DNA of 62,987 nt, filler included, from Reticulomyxa filosa (lineage: Eukaryota > Protista > Foraminifera), in assembly GCA_000512085.1 (NCBI GenBank). It is 12 parts of 12 records of this genome, joined end to end, with 100 filler letters (N's around TTAATTAATTAA, not from the genome) between each part and the next. Parts side by side here need not be neighbours in the genome. Positions count along the whole stretch, not along the records: positions 51,778 to 54,168 come from ASPP01003860.1; positions 54,269 to 57,067 come from ASPP01003143.1; positions 57,168 to 62,987 come from ASPP01005700.1; 9 more parts are not named here. One strand, 5' to 3'. The position numbers and the translations under genes are program-made. The notes beneath the pieces were generated by a model. That model saw only the letters and a program-made list of their open reading frames with translations. It ran no database searches and was not told the origin of the DNA. Below, one piece after another: positions 52,143-62,987 of the stretch. Position 1 is the first letter of the stretch; each line of letters opens with the position of its first letter.

Positions 52143-53416
52143 ATGGGCAATCGAACTGCAACACAGAAACATCTTGAAAAGCAAATTGAACCAAGTCAAC
52201 ACCTTAATACTTCAACTTCCTTTCAAAGTTTGAAGGATTTACCCAATCCACTTTATGAATCTCAATGTGTGCTGCACAAACACGAACTCCTCATTTGTGG
52301 AAGTTATAAACAAAGATCTTGTTATTCTTATCACATACTCAAAAACGAATACAAGTTTATCTGTGAGTATCCACGTGGTACTAAATTATGGGGACACTGT
52401 GTAGTGAAACTGGTAGATAACAACAGCAAAGACAGCAATCAAATCACTTTGCTGTCTTTTGGTGGACCTGCATATACAAAAAAATATACATTTGTGATGA
52501 AATATGTAAGTATTTGGAGTAATATATCAAATAAATCCAATAAATTAAACAATTACAATCAATGGGTTCCTTTGACAAATAATCACAATACAATTATCAT
52601 TGGAAGAGATTACGATGATTATATTGGAGCACGTGCAGTGATTGGCGGAAGCAACAATCATTTGTTATTTATCAATTATTATAAAAATAATATTAGCGTG
52701 TTTGATCTAAATACATTTCAATTTATTAATCATGATATTTTACCAACTAATAATCCAATATTCTGTCATTGCTTTGTATTAAAGTTAGAAAATGGACAAG
52801 GAAAAGAAATGATAAAAATGAATGAAGAAAAAAATAAACACAATTATCAAATGCTGTTGTTTTGTAAAAAGACAGGATTTTCAATTGAATATGATGAAGA
52901 TGATAACACTTTTCAATTTCATCAATTGCCTGTTTGTAATGATATTGCATCGTTCTATAGATATGCATATGTGCGTATCAATGATATCATCTTATTCTTT
53001 GGTGGAATTGGTAATTATATTTCAAAATCAGTGCACAAGTATTCAATTGAAGAAAATAAATGGATGACATTTCAAAGCACTTTACCCAGTCCATTATTTA
53101 ATTGTATTGCAGTATTGAATGAAGAAGACAATCATATACACATCATTGGAGGAAAAGATGATAAAAGGACAGTATTGTCAACTCACTTGAAAACTAAAGT
53201 GCGTGAATGGGATCCTTCACAGATTGTAATGATTTGTTTATTTATTATTTATTTTGATGAAAAATAAATAAAACAAATTAACAAATAATAAATAATTAAC
53301 AGTTGAAAAGTGAAATAACATGTATTGTTCAATATTGGACTCGAACTTCCGAAATAAAATTAGGATGGATCGATGATTTTGACAAAATGGTTGTAAAATA
53401 CATTAGAAAGAAATAA
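52143..53416 (+). CDS. Kelch-like beta-propeller protein of an expanded family, 2 exons
   Basis: Starts MGNRTAT (possible N-myristoylation). Repeated hydrophobic-GG blades (LLSFGG, AVIGG, ILFFGG..YS..NKW, IHIIGG). Intron ~53227..53301, last exon LKSEITCIVQYWTRTSEIKLGWIDDFDKMVVKYIRKK. Confidence 0.88.
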
Positions 53417-54168
53417 TTTCTTACGTATAGAGATAATTGATTTTTCCATGAAGAAGCACAATTTAAATATCTCTAAATAATTTCTTTTTTAAATATAGCT
53501 TTGATTTGATTTTTTATTTATCTTGTATCTGTATCACAATAAAGAATTTTACTAAATTTTTTTTAATTAAAAGATTGATTAAAAATAAATTTATTTGCCT
53601 TTTTCGTTGCAAAGACAACAGAATAAATTGCTTAGCTTCTGTGAGTCGTTAGTTAACGAAACCAAATCTTTGTTATGACAACCAAAACTGGAAAACGTTT
53701 CTATTCCGTTTTCCAGGTTCTTTTCTTGTTTGCAAAATTACTTTTTCGAAAGTATGAAATTGTTTTTTCTTTTTTTAATAATAATTATAAGTAAATACAA
53801 TGATATTTCTACCTTTATCAAAGTTGTTTTAAATAAAATTAAAGATTTAAACAAAACAGAAATATAATCTTTCAAACGTATTAAACTGTGATACATTTAT
53901 TATAGTTAGTTACGTGTAAGGTGCCAAATTCAAAAAGGCAGCTATTTTGTAACAAGTGCAAAATATTGCAATTTACAAAGAACCTAATTTCTTCATTTTG
54001 TTTTTTTTTCATTCAATTCTTTTTCTGATTTCAATTGTTTAATTTTATACTATATTTATTATTATAATTAATTACAGTATATTGCAAAAAAACTGCTATA
54101 CCTAAATGGCACTATATGAAGGAATTGATTTCCTCCATGAAAAATAAAGATTTAAACATAATTTTTTT

Positions 54169-54268
54169 NNNNNNNNNNNNNNNNNNNNNNNNNNNNNNNN
54201 NNNNNNNNNNNNTTAATTAATTAANNNNNNNNNNNNNNNNNNNNNNNNNNNNNNNNNNNNNNNNNNNN
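54169..54268. other. Artificial contig linker
   Basis: N44-TTAATTAATTAA-N44. Confidence 0.99.
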
Positions 54269-54401
54269 TATTCCTTTGTTATATACGCTTTGAGCTTTCT
54301 TTAAGAAAATGTTCATCAAGCAAATTTTTGAAAACAATCATCAAGTGCTTTGTTTTGGATTGTATCAGTTTAATTGATAGAAGGAAAATTTTTACGGTCA
54401 G

Positions 54402-55495
54402 CACTGTTTAGGGGATGTGTTTTTTTGCCTGCAAACAACAGCAATTCTTGTACTCGTTCTACCTTTTGGTAGCGTCAAGCAGTATATAAGTCGATAAGCA
54501 AGTGTATGCCAACTAAAACTCCAAAGATTACTGGTTAAAACAAGTCAAAAGTAGAACCACAACAAAACACAAGAGAAAATGAGGACAAAAAAGATTGTAG
54601 CTTTTTTTCCTTAGAACACTCGTTGCAAATTACTCTACCATACACAACCCTAAGAACAGCGATTGACAATATTGTTAACAGCAATTCCATTTGAAGTTCT
54701 TTTCGTTGAAGTTTGATTATGATTAAAAAAATAGTTTTTAGCAAAAATAGATTGATATTAAAAAATGTTGAGTTTATCCATTGTGACGATTTATAATGCT
54801 TTATAGCGCTTGTCTAGTGCGGATTACACAATGTTTTGATGGTCCATGAGGCTATCGGGGTATTATCTTGTGAAAGTGAAACACCACCTACTACGGGTAG
54901 GAAGCGGGTAGTAAGCGATGCGTGGCGGCTCGCCAAGCGCATATCATAAAATCTGCTTTTTTTTTACAAAAAAAAGAAAAAAGTTATTTGATGCTGTCTC
55001 TAAATAGACAAAGAATATCATGTGTGTTTGCACAACTACAAAAACGTTTTGAAGCCAAAAGTGATAAGCCCATGTGGAGAAATGCTTGATAAGCACCGGG
55101 AGGTGGTACTGTATCAGACATTGTAACCACACTGATATTCAAACAAAGGAAAGATTAGTAAGAAAAGGTTGCAAAAGGGAAAAACCTTTTTCAAGTTTAC
55201 AAAACTTTCGTAGTCGACAATCACAAATAACTGAAAAAATATACAATTTTTTTATCTATAATTATAATATTAGTCTTGTTTTTAAAAAATTGCTATTGTT
55301 TTTCGCTTAACAAAAAAAAGCAAAGTGTGAATGACTCTATTTAACATTAACACTTCGTCATGTGTATTTTGCAAACTTTTTATGCTTAGTACTGTTTAGA
55401 GGGCAGTAATTCTTGTACTCATATACCTTTTGGTGGTATCAAACAGTATACAATCACTGACAATCAAGGGCGTGACAACTAAAACTCCAAAACTT
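54402..55495. repeat. Diverged direct repeat (~54402..54527 and ~55390..55495)
   Basis: Shared blocks ACTGTTTAG, CAG.AATTCTTGTACTC, TACCTTTTGGT, CAGTATA, CAACTAAAACTCCAAA. Confidence 0.8.
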
Positions 55496-55605
55496 TGGGG
55501 ACAACTTAAAAATAAAAAGAATTTTGAAAGCTATGTCCTTACAAAAGCAGCTAAAAAATTTAGAACTGGTCGTTATCACTACAAACAGGACATAACAAGG
55601 AAGAT

Positions 55606-56790
55606 GTGGATATATTTTTTGACAGCAGGTTACGTATTCCACAAAGAGCAAAAAGGTTGAGAGAAGCAATATTGGACATACATCAATTAGACTTGCCAAC
55701 AGATTTGTGTCTGCTAATTGTGGACTACGAAGATCATAGAAAAAATTTATATATGATACATAATGTAAAGTTATTGCCAAGATTACGTAATAAAAGCACA
55801 CTTGAAAATGTTCGTGGAGGATGTGCAGAATTCCTCGGAAAACTTTCAATGAAATGGAGTAAAATACAATTGAATAATGCTTTTATTTCTTTAATGGAGG
55901 TATTAAATGATGAAACAAATGAAGAATTTATTGGAATAGTTGCAGTGAAGTTGGATGAAAGACAATTTAATCATACTTTTGAATATTTAATAGGCAGGTT
56001 AAAAAGTAAAAGTGTGAATCTTCGATTGTCATGTGTAAGAGCACTTGGAATACTTTCAGAAAAATGGAACGCAAAACAATTGGATTTTATTTTTCAAAAT
56101 AAAAATGGATGTGATTACTTTACCTCGATAATTTACTTGAAGGAACTGCAATGAAATTAAATGGAGGACAAGTTAATGTTCTATTCTCATGTCTGATGGA
56201 CAGAGCCAAAGATAACAATAAAGATATTCGTCAATCATGTGCAAAAGCCATTGGATATCTCTCAAGAAAATTAAACGAGAAATAAATTAATTATGCTTTT
56301 CAATATTTGGTGAATGGATTAAAAGACGAGGACAAATATTTGTGTAAATCATGTACAGAATCACTTGAAGTACTTTCGGCAATGCGATACAATTGGAAGA
56401 GGTTTTTAAAGTTCTATTGAATGTTTCTAAAAACTCGATGAACTTATACAACGTCAACAGGAAGATAGCGAATGTATTAAAGCACTTCAAGCAATACCTG
56501 TGAAATTGGACGATCATCAATTGTATTTTTTAGTGAAATATCTGTTGGAAAAAGCAAAAAATAGACCAACAGAGTATCCGTACAATGCATTATCAGAAAT
56601 GTCCAAAGATACGTGGAAACTTGTAATAATTACTGTGTTAAAAAAGGAGGAAAATCAGAATAAACTGATGAATAAAGACTCTCAAAGTAATTTTTGGAAA
56701 TTGTTTTCCAACAATGCAAATGTGAATGAGCAAAAACAAAAAACAGCAAAGAGATGGAATTATTGGCATTTGGTATTACAGTGATGATAA
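55606..56790 (+). pseudogene. HEAT/ARM-repeat family pseudogene
   Basis: Repeated units (VRGGCAEFLGKLSMKW, LRLSCVRALGILSEKW, IRQSCAKAIGYLSRKL) broken by stops and frameshifts after 56150. Confidence 0.75.
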
Positions 56791-57067
56791 TATTCCAATT
56801 CATAATTTTAGTTTATTTTATTTATTTATTATTAGTTGTTTACTTGGTATAAGTGAAGTTTTTACTAATGTTGCTGGATTAGAATATTTTTATACTGATC
56901 GCTAGAATATTGTAAATCTACTATTCTTTCTTTTTCTCTTGCTTCTGTTGGTATTGGTACTTTATTTAATTGTTTACTTATTTTTATTGTTAATTCTGAT
57001 TCTAATCACCATTGGATTACTAATACAGTATGTTGCAAAGAAAACTGAACGCTTAAAACATATCTTA

Positions 57068-57167
57068 NNNNNNNNNNNNNNNNNNNNNNNNNNNNNNNNN
57101 NNNNNNNNNNNTTAATTAATTAANNNNNNNNNNNNNNNNNNNNNNNNNNNNNNNNNNNNNNNNNNNN
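57068..57167. other. Artificial contig linker
   Basis: N44-TTAATTAATTAA-N44. Confidence 0.99.
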
Positions 57168-57202
<35 letters not shown>

Positions 57203-57273
57203 TGCACGTTCCGCTTTTCTTGACCAACTTTTTTTTTTAAAAAATTTTAAAAAAGCGACAAACAAACAAACAC

Positions 57274-57577
57274 CTGTTTGTGGTTGAGTTGTCAGCTGTA
57301 TGTATTCGCTCTGCTGCTTCTCAGGAAGTATGGGCACAAAGGTCTCTTTGATAAATTTACTGAGGTGGTCTCTTGAAAAATAGCTTCGCGCACATATGAA
57401 AGAGACTGGCAAGCTCACGTGAGTAACGACGAACACGAGCGAAGGCATGTCATCAAATCCTTGGCCGAATAAAAATGTACTCCAAGGGTAGAGTATGAAT
57501 ATATAGATAATCGTTATTTGAAGGTAGTTGACGAAACAGTTAGCATCTACTGGAGACCACAGACCCAAAACACGCAT
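57274..57577 (-). CDS. Exon of a multi-pass membrane protein, 3' truncated
   Basis: MRVLGLWSP followed by two TM segments, with a GT donor at 57273. Confidence 0.55.
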
Positions 57578-58164
57578 TATTACTTCTATTTTATGAAATA
57601 TTTTAAAATAAATTGACCATTCTGGATTCTATATTCATTTCATCCACAACAGATATAGATCACAACAAATCCGTTTTCCTTTTAAACACGCCCTTAAGTT
57701 GTTGTGAAAGTGATATAGAGTTTGTTAACATTTTTGATATGATCCAACGTTGTTTTGAGACGAGGAGAGTGTTCTGTTTCCATTTTATGTTTGCGACTCT
57801 GAAATGCAAGAACGTCAACTCAAATTATATGTAGTGAGCCAAAAAACTTACTCTTCTGGAGCAAACACTCCTAAGCCAGTAATGATACCCATAAAATTAG
57901 GTCTTTCAATATATTTTTAACAAAACCTTTAAAAATCTGCGCTGAAAACTCATACAAACACAACTAATTGTATCATACGCAAAGATTCAAACGATGAACT
58001 TATCAAATGTTTTCCATTAATTAAAATTTTAATTCACTGTACACGCTTAGAATAACAAGGGATAGATCAAGTTTTTTGCTGTAAAGACGTCAGCAACTTA
58101 ACTGCTTTCAGACAGAGAGGTTTGTGGGTAAAACAGAGGGAGCCTTGTAATATTTATATAAAAA

Positions 58165-59274
58165 ATGGCTGGTCGGCGTTTCTCATCGTCATTTCATTTT
58201 TTGCATAGAAAGCCACATTATGGAACACCATTCGTTTCATTGTGTTCTCATCGAAGTTTTTCGGTCTTATCATCAATGCGAAAGCAAGCCGAAACAACAG
58301 AAACAGTGAGCGACGTTCCGGCCACCTCTGCATTAAAGCCAGGCGAATGGTTTTTGGAGAGGTGGTTGGAATCGCCAGTGAGTTATGTGAGCGACGCATT
58401 GGAGGTGATCCACTTAGGATTGGGTTTGCCGTGGTACGCAACAATCGGTCTGACAGCAGCAGCGGTGCGATTATTTATTGCGCCGACGTTGTTGTGGAAT
58501 ATAAAGCAGATATCGACAATGATGGACACAACACCAATTGTGAAATTGATTCACTCAGAGTGGAAGCGTAAAAAAATGAACAGCGAATTTGCAAATGCTC
58601 AAGAAGAGCGAGCATTTGTCCGAAAGATGTATCGCGAAGTGACAGACATCTCGGGATTTCGCATTTGGAAAATTTTGGGCTATCCTATCTGTTTGGTAGG
58701 ATGTTTGATGCCATTCATCTTTGCCTCAAGACAGATATTGCGTCGTCCAAACCATGACTTGGATCAAGGAGGATTGTTGTGGTTCCTCGACTTGTCTCAG
58801 CCTGATATGCACACTGTACTGCCATTTGTGGCGGTCTCGTTGTCCATTATGGTCGTGCAATATCGAGGTGGTAGACGATTGTACATTGACGAAGCTGTTA
58901 AGCAGCAATTACCTTTTCCGACTTTGTATCAATGGCTGTTCCGCTTTTATTATTTATTACAATGCTATTATGTGCTAAACTTGCCACTTATGGCCGATAT
59001 GCCGGCAGGGATCTTTTGTTATTGGATCCCATTTTCATTGATTGGCTTGCTCAGCAAAGGACTTCTTTTTAATCCTAAATTCAGAAAACTCATGGGCTTG
59101 CAGACACAATTGGCCAGGTCCAGTGAACCCTTTGACCCAAAACTTAACAAATATTTCCATCAATTGTCCAGACAATTCAGTCGTGTTCACCTCAAATCCA
59201 CACCACTACCACCAAAACCAAAAAAACAACTAAAACAACTTGCTTCTCCAAAAAACTCGCCAAAAAAACTATGA
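58165..59274 (+). CDS. Mitochondrial Oxa1/Cox18 (YidC family) membrane insertase, intronless
   Basis: R/S-rich presequence, HLGLGLPWYATI..VRL, GGLLWFLDLSQPD, PAGIFCYW, basic C-terminal tail. Confidence 0.92.
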   Translation: MAGRRFSSSFHFLHRKPHYGTPFVSLCSHRSFSVLSSMRKQAETTETVSDVPATSALKPGEWFLERWLESPVSYVSDALEVIHLGLGLPWYATIGLTAAAVRLFIAPTLLWNIKQISTMMDTTPIVKLIHSEWKRKKMNSEFANAQEERAFVRKMYREVTDISGFRIWKILGYPICLVGCLMPFIFASRQILRRPNHDLDQGGLLWFLDLSQPDMHTVLPFVAVSLSIMVVQYRGGRRLYIDEAVKQQLPFPTLYQWLFRFYYLLQCYYVLNLPLMADMPAGIFCYWIPFSLIGLLSKGLLFNPKFRKLMGLQTQLARSSEPFDPKLNKYFHQLSRQFSRVHLKSTPLPPKPKKQLKQLASPKNSPKKL

Positions 59275-60003
59275 AAGTATTACCTATGATATATTCGCTC
59301 TTTTTCAAAACAAAAAAAAAAAAAAAAAAATTTCTGATAAATACATATTTGTCGTTGCATTAATGTTATCTTCGTACTATTAAAAAAATTTTCCTTTTGT
59401 TTCTTCTCGCGTCTTCACTTTGCAAAGTAGTAATTTTCAAATTACAATTTTGGATTCATATGCACGTATACCTTTTTTTTTTTTTTTTTTGAAGGATTAA
59501 TGCCAATGATCTCACAATTTCATACGTATTTACAGTAATGTACTAGTTTGGTATTCACAAAAAATCAATATCCTGTAGTGCAAGGTGGTGTAAAATGGCT
59601 AGTAATTCAATATAAAAGAATGATTTGAACGAAAGAACGCTAAGGAATGCAATAAAACTAGAACACATCTGGATTGATAAAGTTGCCATAATTTATTTTC
59701 AATATCTCATTTTATTGTTATCAATCAAATGTGCGTACTTCTCAAATTACATTAAAATTTTTATTTTCCTTGTGTTATCAAAAGAGGACCTTTTTTTCGC
59801 TCAGATTTAAACGAAACTTTTTTGCATATTCAGAACCCAGTCGTTCCCTTTGGCACCCGTGACAACAAAAAAACATAAAATAAAAAATGAAATGTATTAA
59901 AAAATTCCAAACAAACCAGTTTTAACAACCGAACCAAGAGTAGTTTTCCCAAAACAAAAAAGTAACACTTCCATTTTTTCTTGCAACGCTAAACACTCAA
60001 TAT

Positions 60004-61107
60004 TCAACATTTTGATATATTTTAGAGTTTGTGTTAGATTCTCAAACTCTTTTTTTTCCTGTAATTGATCCACTCGTTCTTTAATCTCTTTCTTCTTCAG
60101 TATTACAGTAGCTTGATTCTTATTATTTTTTTTATAAAAAAAAACTAGAATGCTTAAATCGGATTATGTAAAATACATGCACCTACATATGTGTAATATG
60201 CAAACAAAACTAGTTCTGAATGTTTCGATAACAAACGTTCAATATGTTTGATACTAGCAACACACTTTTGCAAATCGTCTTTGCACGATTGAATAGCCAC
60301 CTCACGGCGATCGTCACTAGTGTAAGAAATGTCATTGTCACGACGATCAATGGATACGTATGCCCCATGGAGGTAATAGTCAGTTGAAGTAACATGGAAA
60401 AAAGTACGTTTTGTTGGACTCTTGTCATTTCCTATTTCACTTCTCTTTGTATCAACTATCAGAATATTGAGCGTTTCCACCCAAACTTTGCATTGCATTG
60501 GCGTCTTGCATTCCAATATTAATTGTCTCCGTGTACCAGTTTTTAGAAGATCATTATACGTTATACAAAAACTTTTGTCCGCGCTTTTGTCGCTGCAGTA
60601 CTTTATTGATATAAAAGTGTTCAAATACAAATACGTTTCTGATAATGGCTTGGCTTGTACGTACCATTGCAATCTGGAATTATCATTTGATAATTGAAAA
60701 TAATGCCAATGAGAGCTTTGTAGCTTGATTCGTTTGTTGGTTTTTTGCGTGTGAATGTTTCAAATTTTTTACTTTCATATTTTATTTTTTAAAAAAATAA
60801 AAAAGTACTCTGTACCAGTGCAGTCCCTTTGTGCAACTCGTCCAAGGAATTAAGATATTCACTGTCATTCAAATTATTGTTTTGATCGGGACTTTCTTCC
60901 TCTTCTTTTGAATTATCGTTCTCGGTTTTTTGGTCTGAAGTAGGCTGGTTTTCATCGTCACTCCATTCACTCGGTGCTGACATAAGTCCGACTGTCTCAT
61001 CCAGATGCTTTTTTCGAAACATTATATGCGTACACTTGACAGAATATCACAAAAATTAGTTTTGTTTTCGCTACAATTTCCTCTTTTTGTTTGAGGTACT
61101 CGTACAT
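60004..61107 (-). CDS. PH-domain protein with C-terminal coiled coil, 4 exons
   Basis: WHYFQL, SFCITY, LILECKTPMQCKVWVETL (PH C-terminal helix with the conserved W). Splice sites are consistent from ATG 61107 to TGA 60004. Confidence 0.72.
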
Positions 61108-61813
61108 TTTTTGTTGCAGATTTGATTTTCTTAATCTCAAATTAAATTTTATATTACTAAATTGTATTGTTGAGGACTGATCTATTCTATCTTTTGTGAT
61201 ACAGTCAAATCAATAAAATACGCTGTGAAAACTTTTTTGGTAATCAATTCAAAAAACGTTGTCATTGAAATATCTTTAAGCTAAAATAATTCCACATTAG
61301 AAAAAAGTATAGATTTTTGGTCTATTTTTAACCAAAACAAAGGTGAAGAAAAGCCATTTGAAAAAATTTTTCGAAGAAAATCTGCGATGAGAGAAGAAGC
61401 TAGAACATAATAGATGCAAGGAAAAAGTGAAGCAAATTAGGGAAATGTAACGAATAAATATTAAATATTGAATGCAATTGTAACTCCTTGTGTGATGGAA
61501 GTTTTATAAAATAAAATCTATTGTTTTTCATAATCTTTCATTAAAAATTAAATTATTTCACCTTAAAACAAAACTTTTATAACAGCAAAATAAAAGAGAA
61601 AGTTAATAAGTTTCTCCATGAAATTAAAATTTTAGTATAATTTTGGAAAGTATTAATCACGCAACGCGTTTTAAGAAATATTGCCTCCAAGATGTTAAAA
61701 GCGTTATTTATTCGTCATGTAGTTGTGAAGAAATTTTTGTAGTGCAAATACAAAGGGACTACCTCAGATTTGGTACTCTTCCTTTTCTTCCCTATAAAAA
61801 GGATAAAGTAACC

Positions 61814-62914
61814 ATGTCTAATAATTCTGTCGACAGTGTGTGTGAGTATTGTGATGTACATCCAAACAGCTGCAGCAGTTTGTGAATATCTTGGTGGGAG
61901 TTTTTCCTTTCCCTTGTTCAAACTCCCCAAAAAATAATGACATAAAACGTAGACCTTCATAGGTATTACCTAGCAGGATCAGTTATATCAATCGTGGGGT
62001 CGTTATTTGTGATGGTGACATACATAAGAAATCTGGTTTGGCTGTCTGTTCATCTATACACTAACTACTTTTATATATACATATATTGAATGTATATGTG
62101 TGTCGGTTCCTCCAACAAACGTGTATTATTAAAATTATTTTAAAAAAGGGGGAAGGAAAAAAAAGGTTTGGAAAAAAAGTTGAATCCGCTCTTTTTGAAA
62201 ATAGGGTTTGCGAAAGCATCCATCCGTGTTGATATTTTCCCGATGTGTTTGGGATTTCTTATTTGCATTGAATTTCTTTGTATTGTTTTTTATCGCTAAC
62301 CACAATCCTTCACATCTTGCAGTTACGAGTTTTTCCACACATAGCCTGGAACTCGTCGAAGAGACACGTACACATATTTTCCTGTCTCCCCTATCTTCCC
62401 TTTCCCCTCCCCCCCCCCCCTCCAACACGCATATGTACACACACATATAATTTCTTCCTTATTACGTCCTTGACATATATACATATATAAATATATATTA
62501 TAATATGTAATACATAATGTAGTGTGATGCAGGACTGTGCAAAGGACTGGGATTTTGGCTAGTGTTTACGTCATCAGCGTCAGTGGGTTATTTTGCATGC
62601 AATGTATTTGATTTATATACTTCAATGAATAATCCTTTTTCGAAGCCAGCGTCGAAAGTGAATGGATACCATCGCTATGTGTTTTTATACGCCTTGTTTA
62701 TAACAGTAATTTTGGCTTCGACAAGTAAGTTGGGATGGCGAAATGACCTGCAAATCTGTTGGATCAAACAAGAAAATGAACGAGGCTACAATTGGGTTGC
62801 CATTGTTTTTGGTTACATTCCGATTGTTGTCATTACCGTCTCGGCGGTCTATGTTTGCATTACTGCACGAAATCGATTACGAAAAGGGCTACCCGATACC
62901 TTTGACGTTCGAAT
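61814..62914 (+). CDS. cAMP-receptor-like 7TM receptor, TM1-TM5, GPCR-PIPK-like, continuing beyond the window
   Basis: Four exons splice to MSNNSV..SIVGSLFVMVTY..LRKHPSVLIF..C..LCKGLGFW..DLYTSMNNPF..YH..ICWI..GYIP..RLRKGLPDTFDVR. The largest exon (62523..62914) is absent from the ORF track. Confidence 0.85.
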
Positions 62915-62987
62915 GTTCAGTCAACTAAAATTAAAAAAAAAAAAAAAATATTCGACCCCCCCCATGCATTTTTTTTTTTTTTTGAAT

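Noticed and set aside
54836-54885. Hammerhead ribozyme (TTGATGG...GAAAC) or U4 snRNA (CCATGAGG)
   Set aside because: The CUGAUGA core, the required stems, the K-turn and the Sm site could not be built.
2692-57167. Recurring TTAATTAATTAA palindrome as a biological repeat or rearrangement signal
   Set aside because: It always sits in the middle of an identical 100-bp N block, so it is an assembly linker. Gene clustering across linkers was disregarded.

Overview
AT-rich eukaryotic (protist) genomic DNA, not a continuous locus: 12 contigs are joined by 11 artificial 100-bp linkers (N44-TTAATTAATTAA-N44), so adjacency across linkers means nothing. The short GT-AG introns, poly-A/T contig breaks and expanded, partly pseudogenised Kelch and HEAT families resemble a foraminiferan such as Reticulomyxa (inference, not proven). 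Recognisable genes: Rab1, S10 serine carboxypeptidase, HTATSF1/Tat-SF1, prolyl 4-hydroxylase, Rpn5/PSMD12, ceramide synthase, SART3/Prp24, class I/II-type PI3K, a BACK-domain protein, an ELO elongase, TANGO2, a GNAT-SAM fusion, Oxa1/Cox18, a PH-domain protein and a cAMP-receptor-like 7TM receptor. There are also actin, Kelch and HEAT pseudogenes and three differently deleted copies of one Tc1-family transposon. The top lead is a signal-peptide-bearing prolyl 4-hydroxylase with an N-terminal VHL-beta-like domain that appears to keep the hydroxyproline-binding residues, a candidate writer-reader fusion. All family assignments are by-eye motif recognition; no searches were run.
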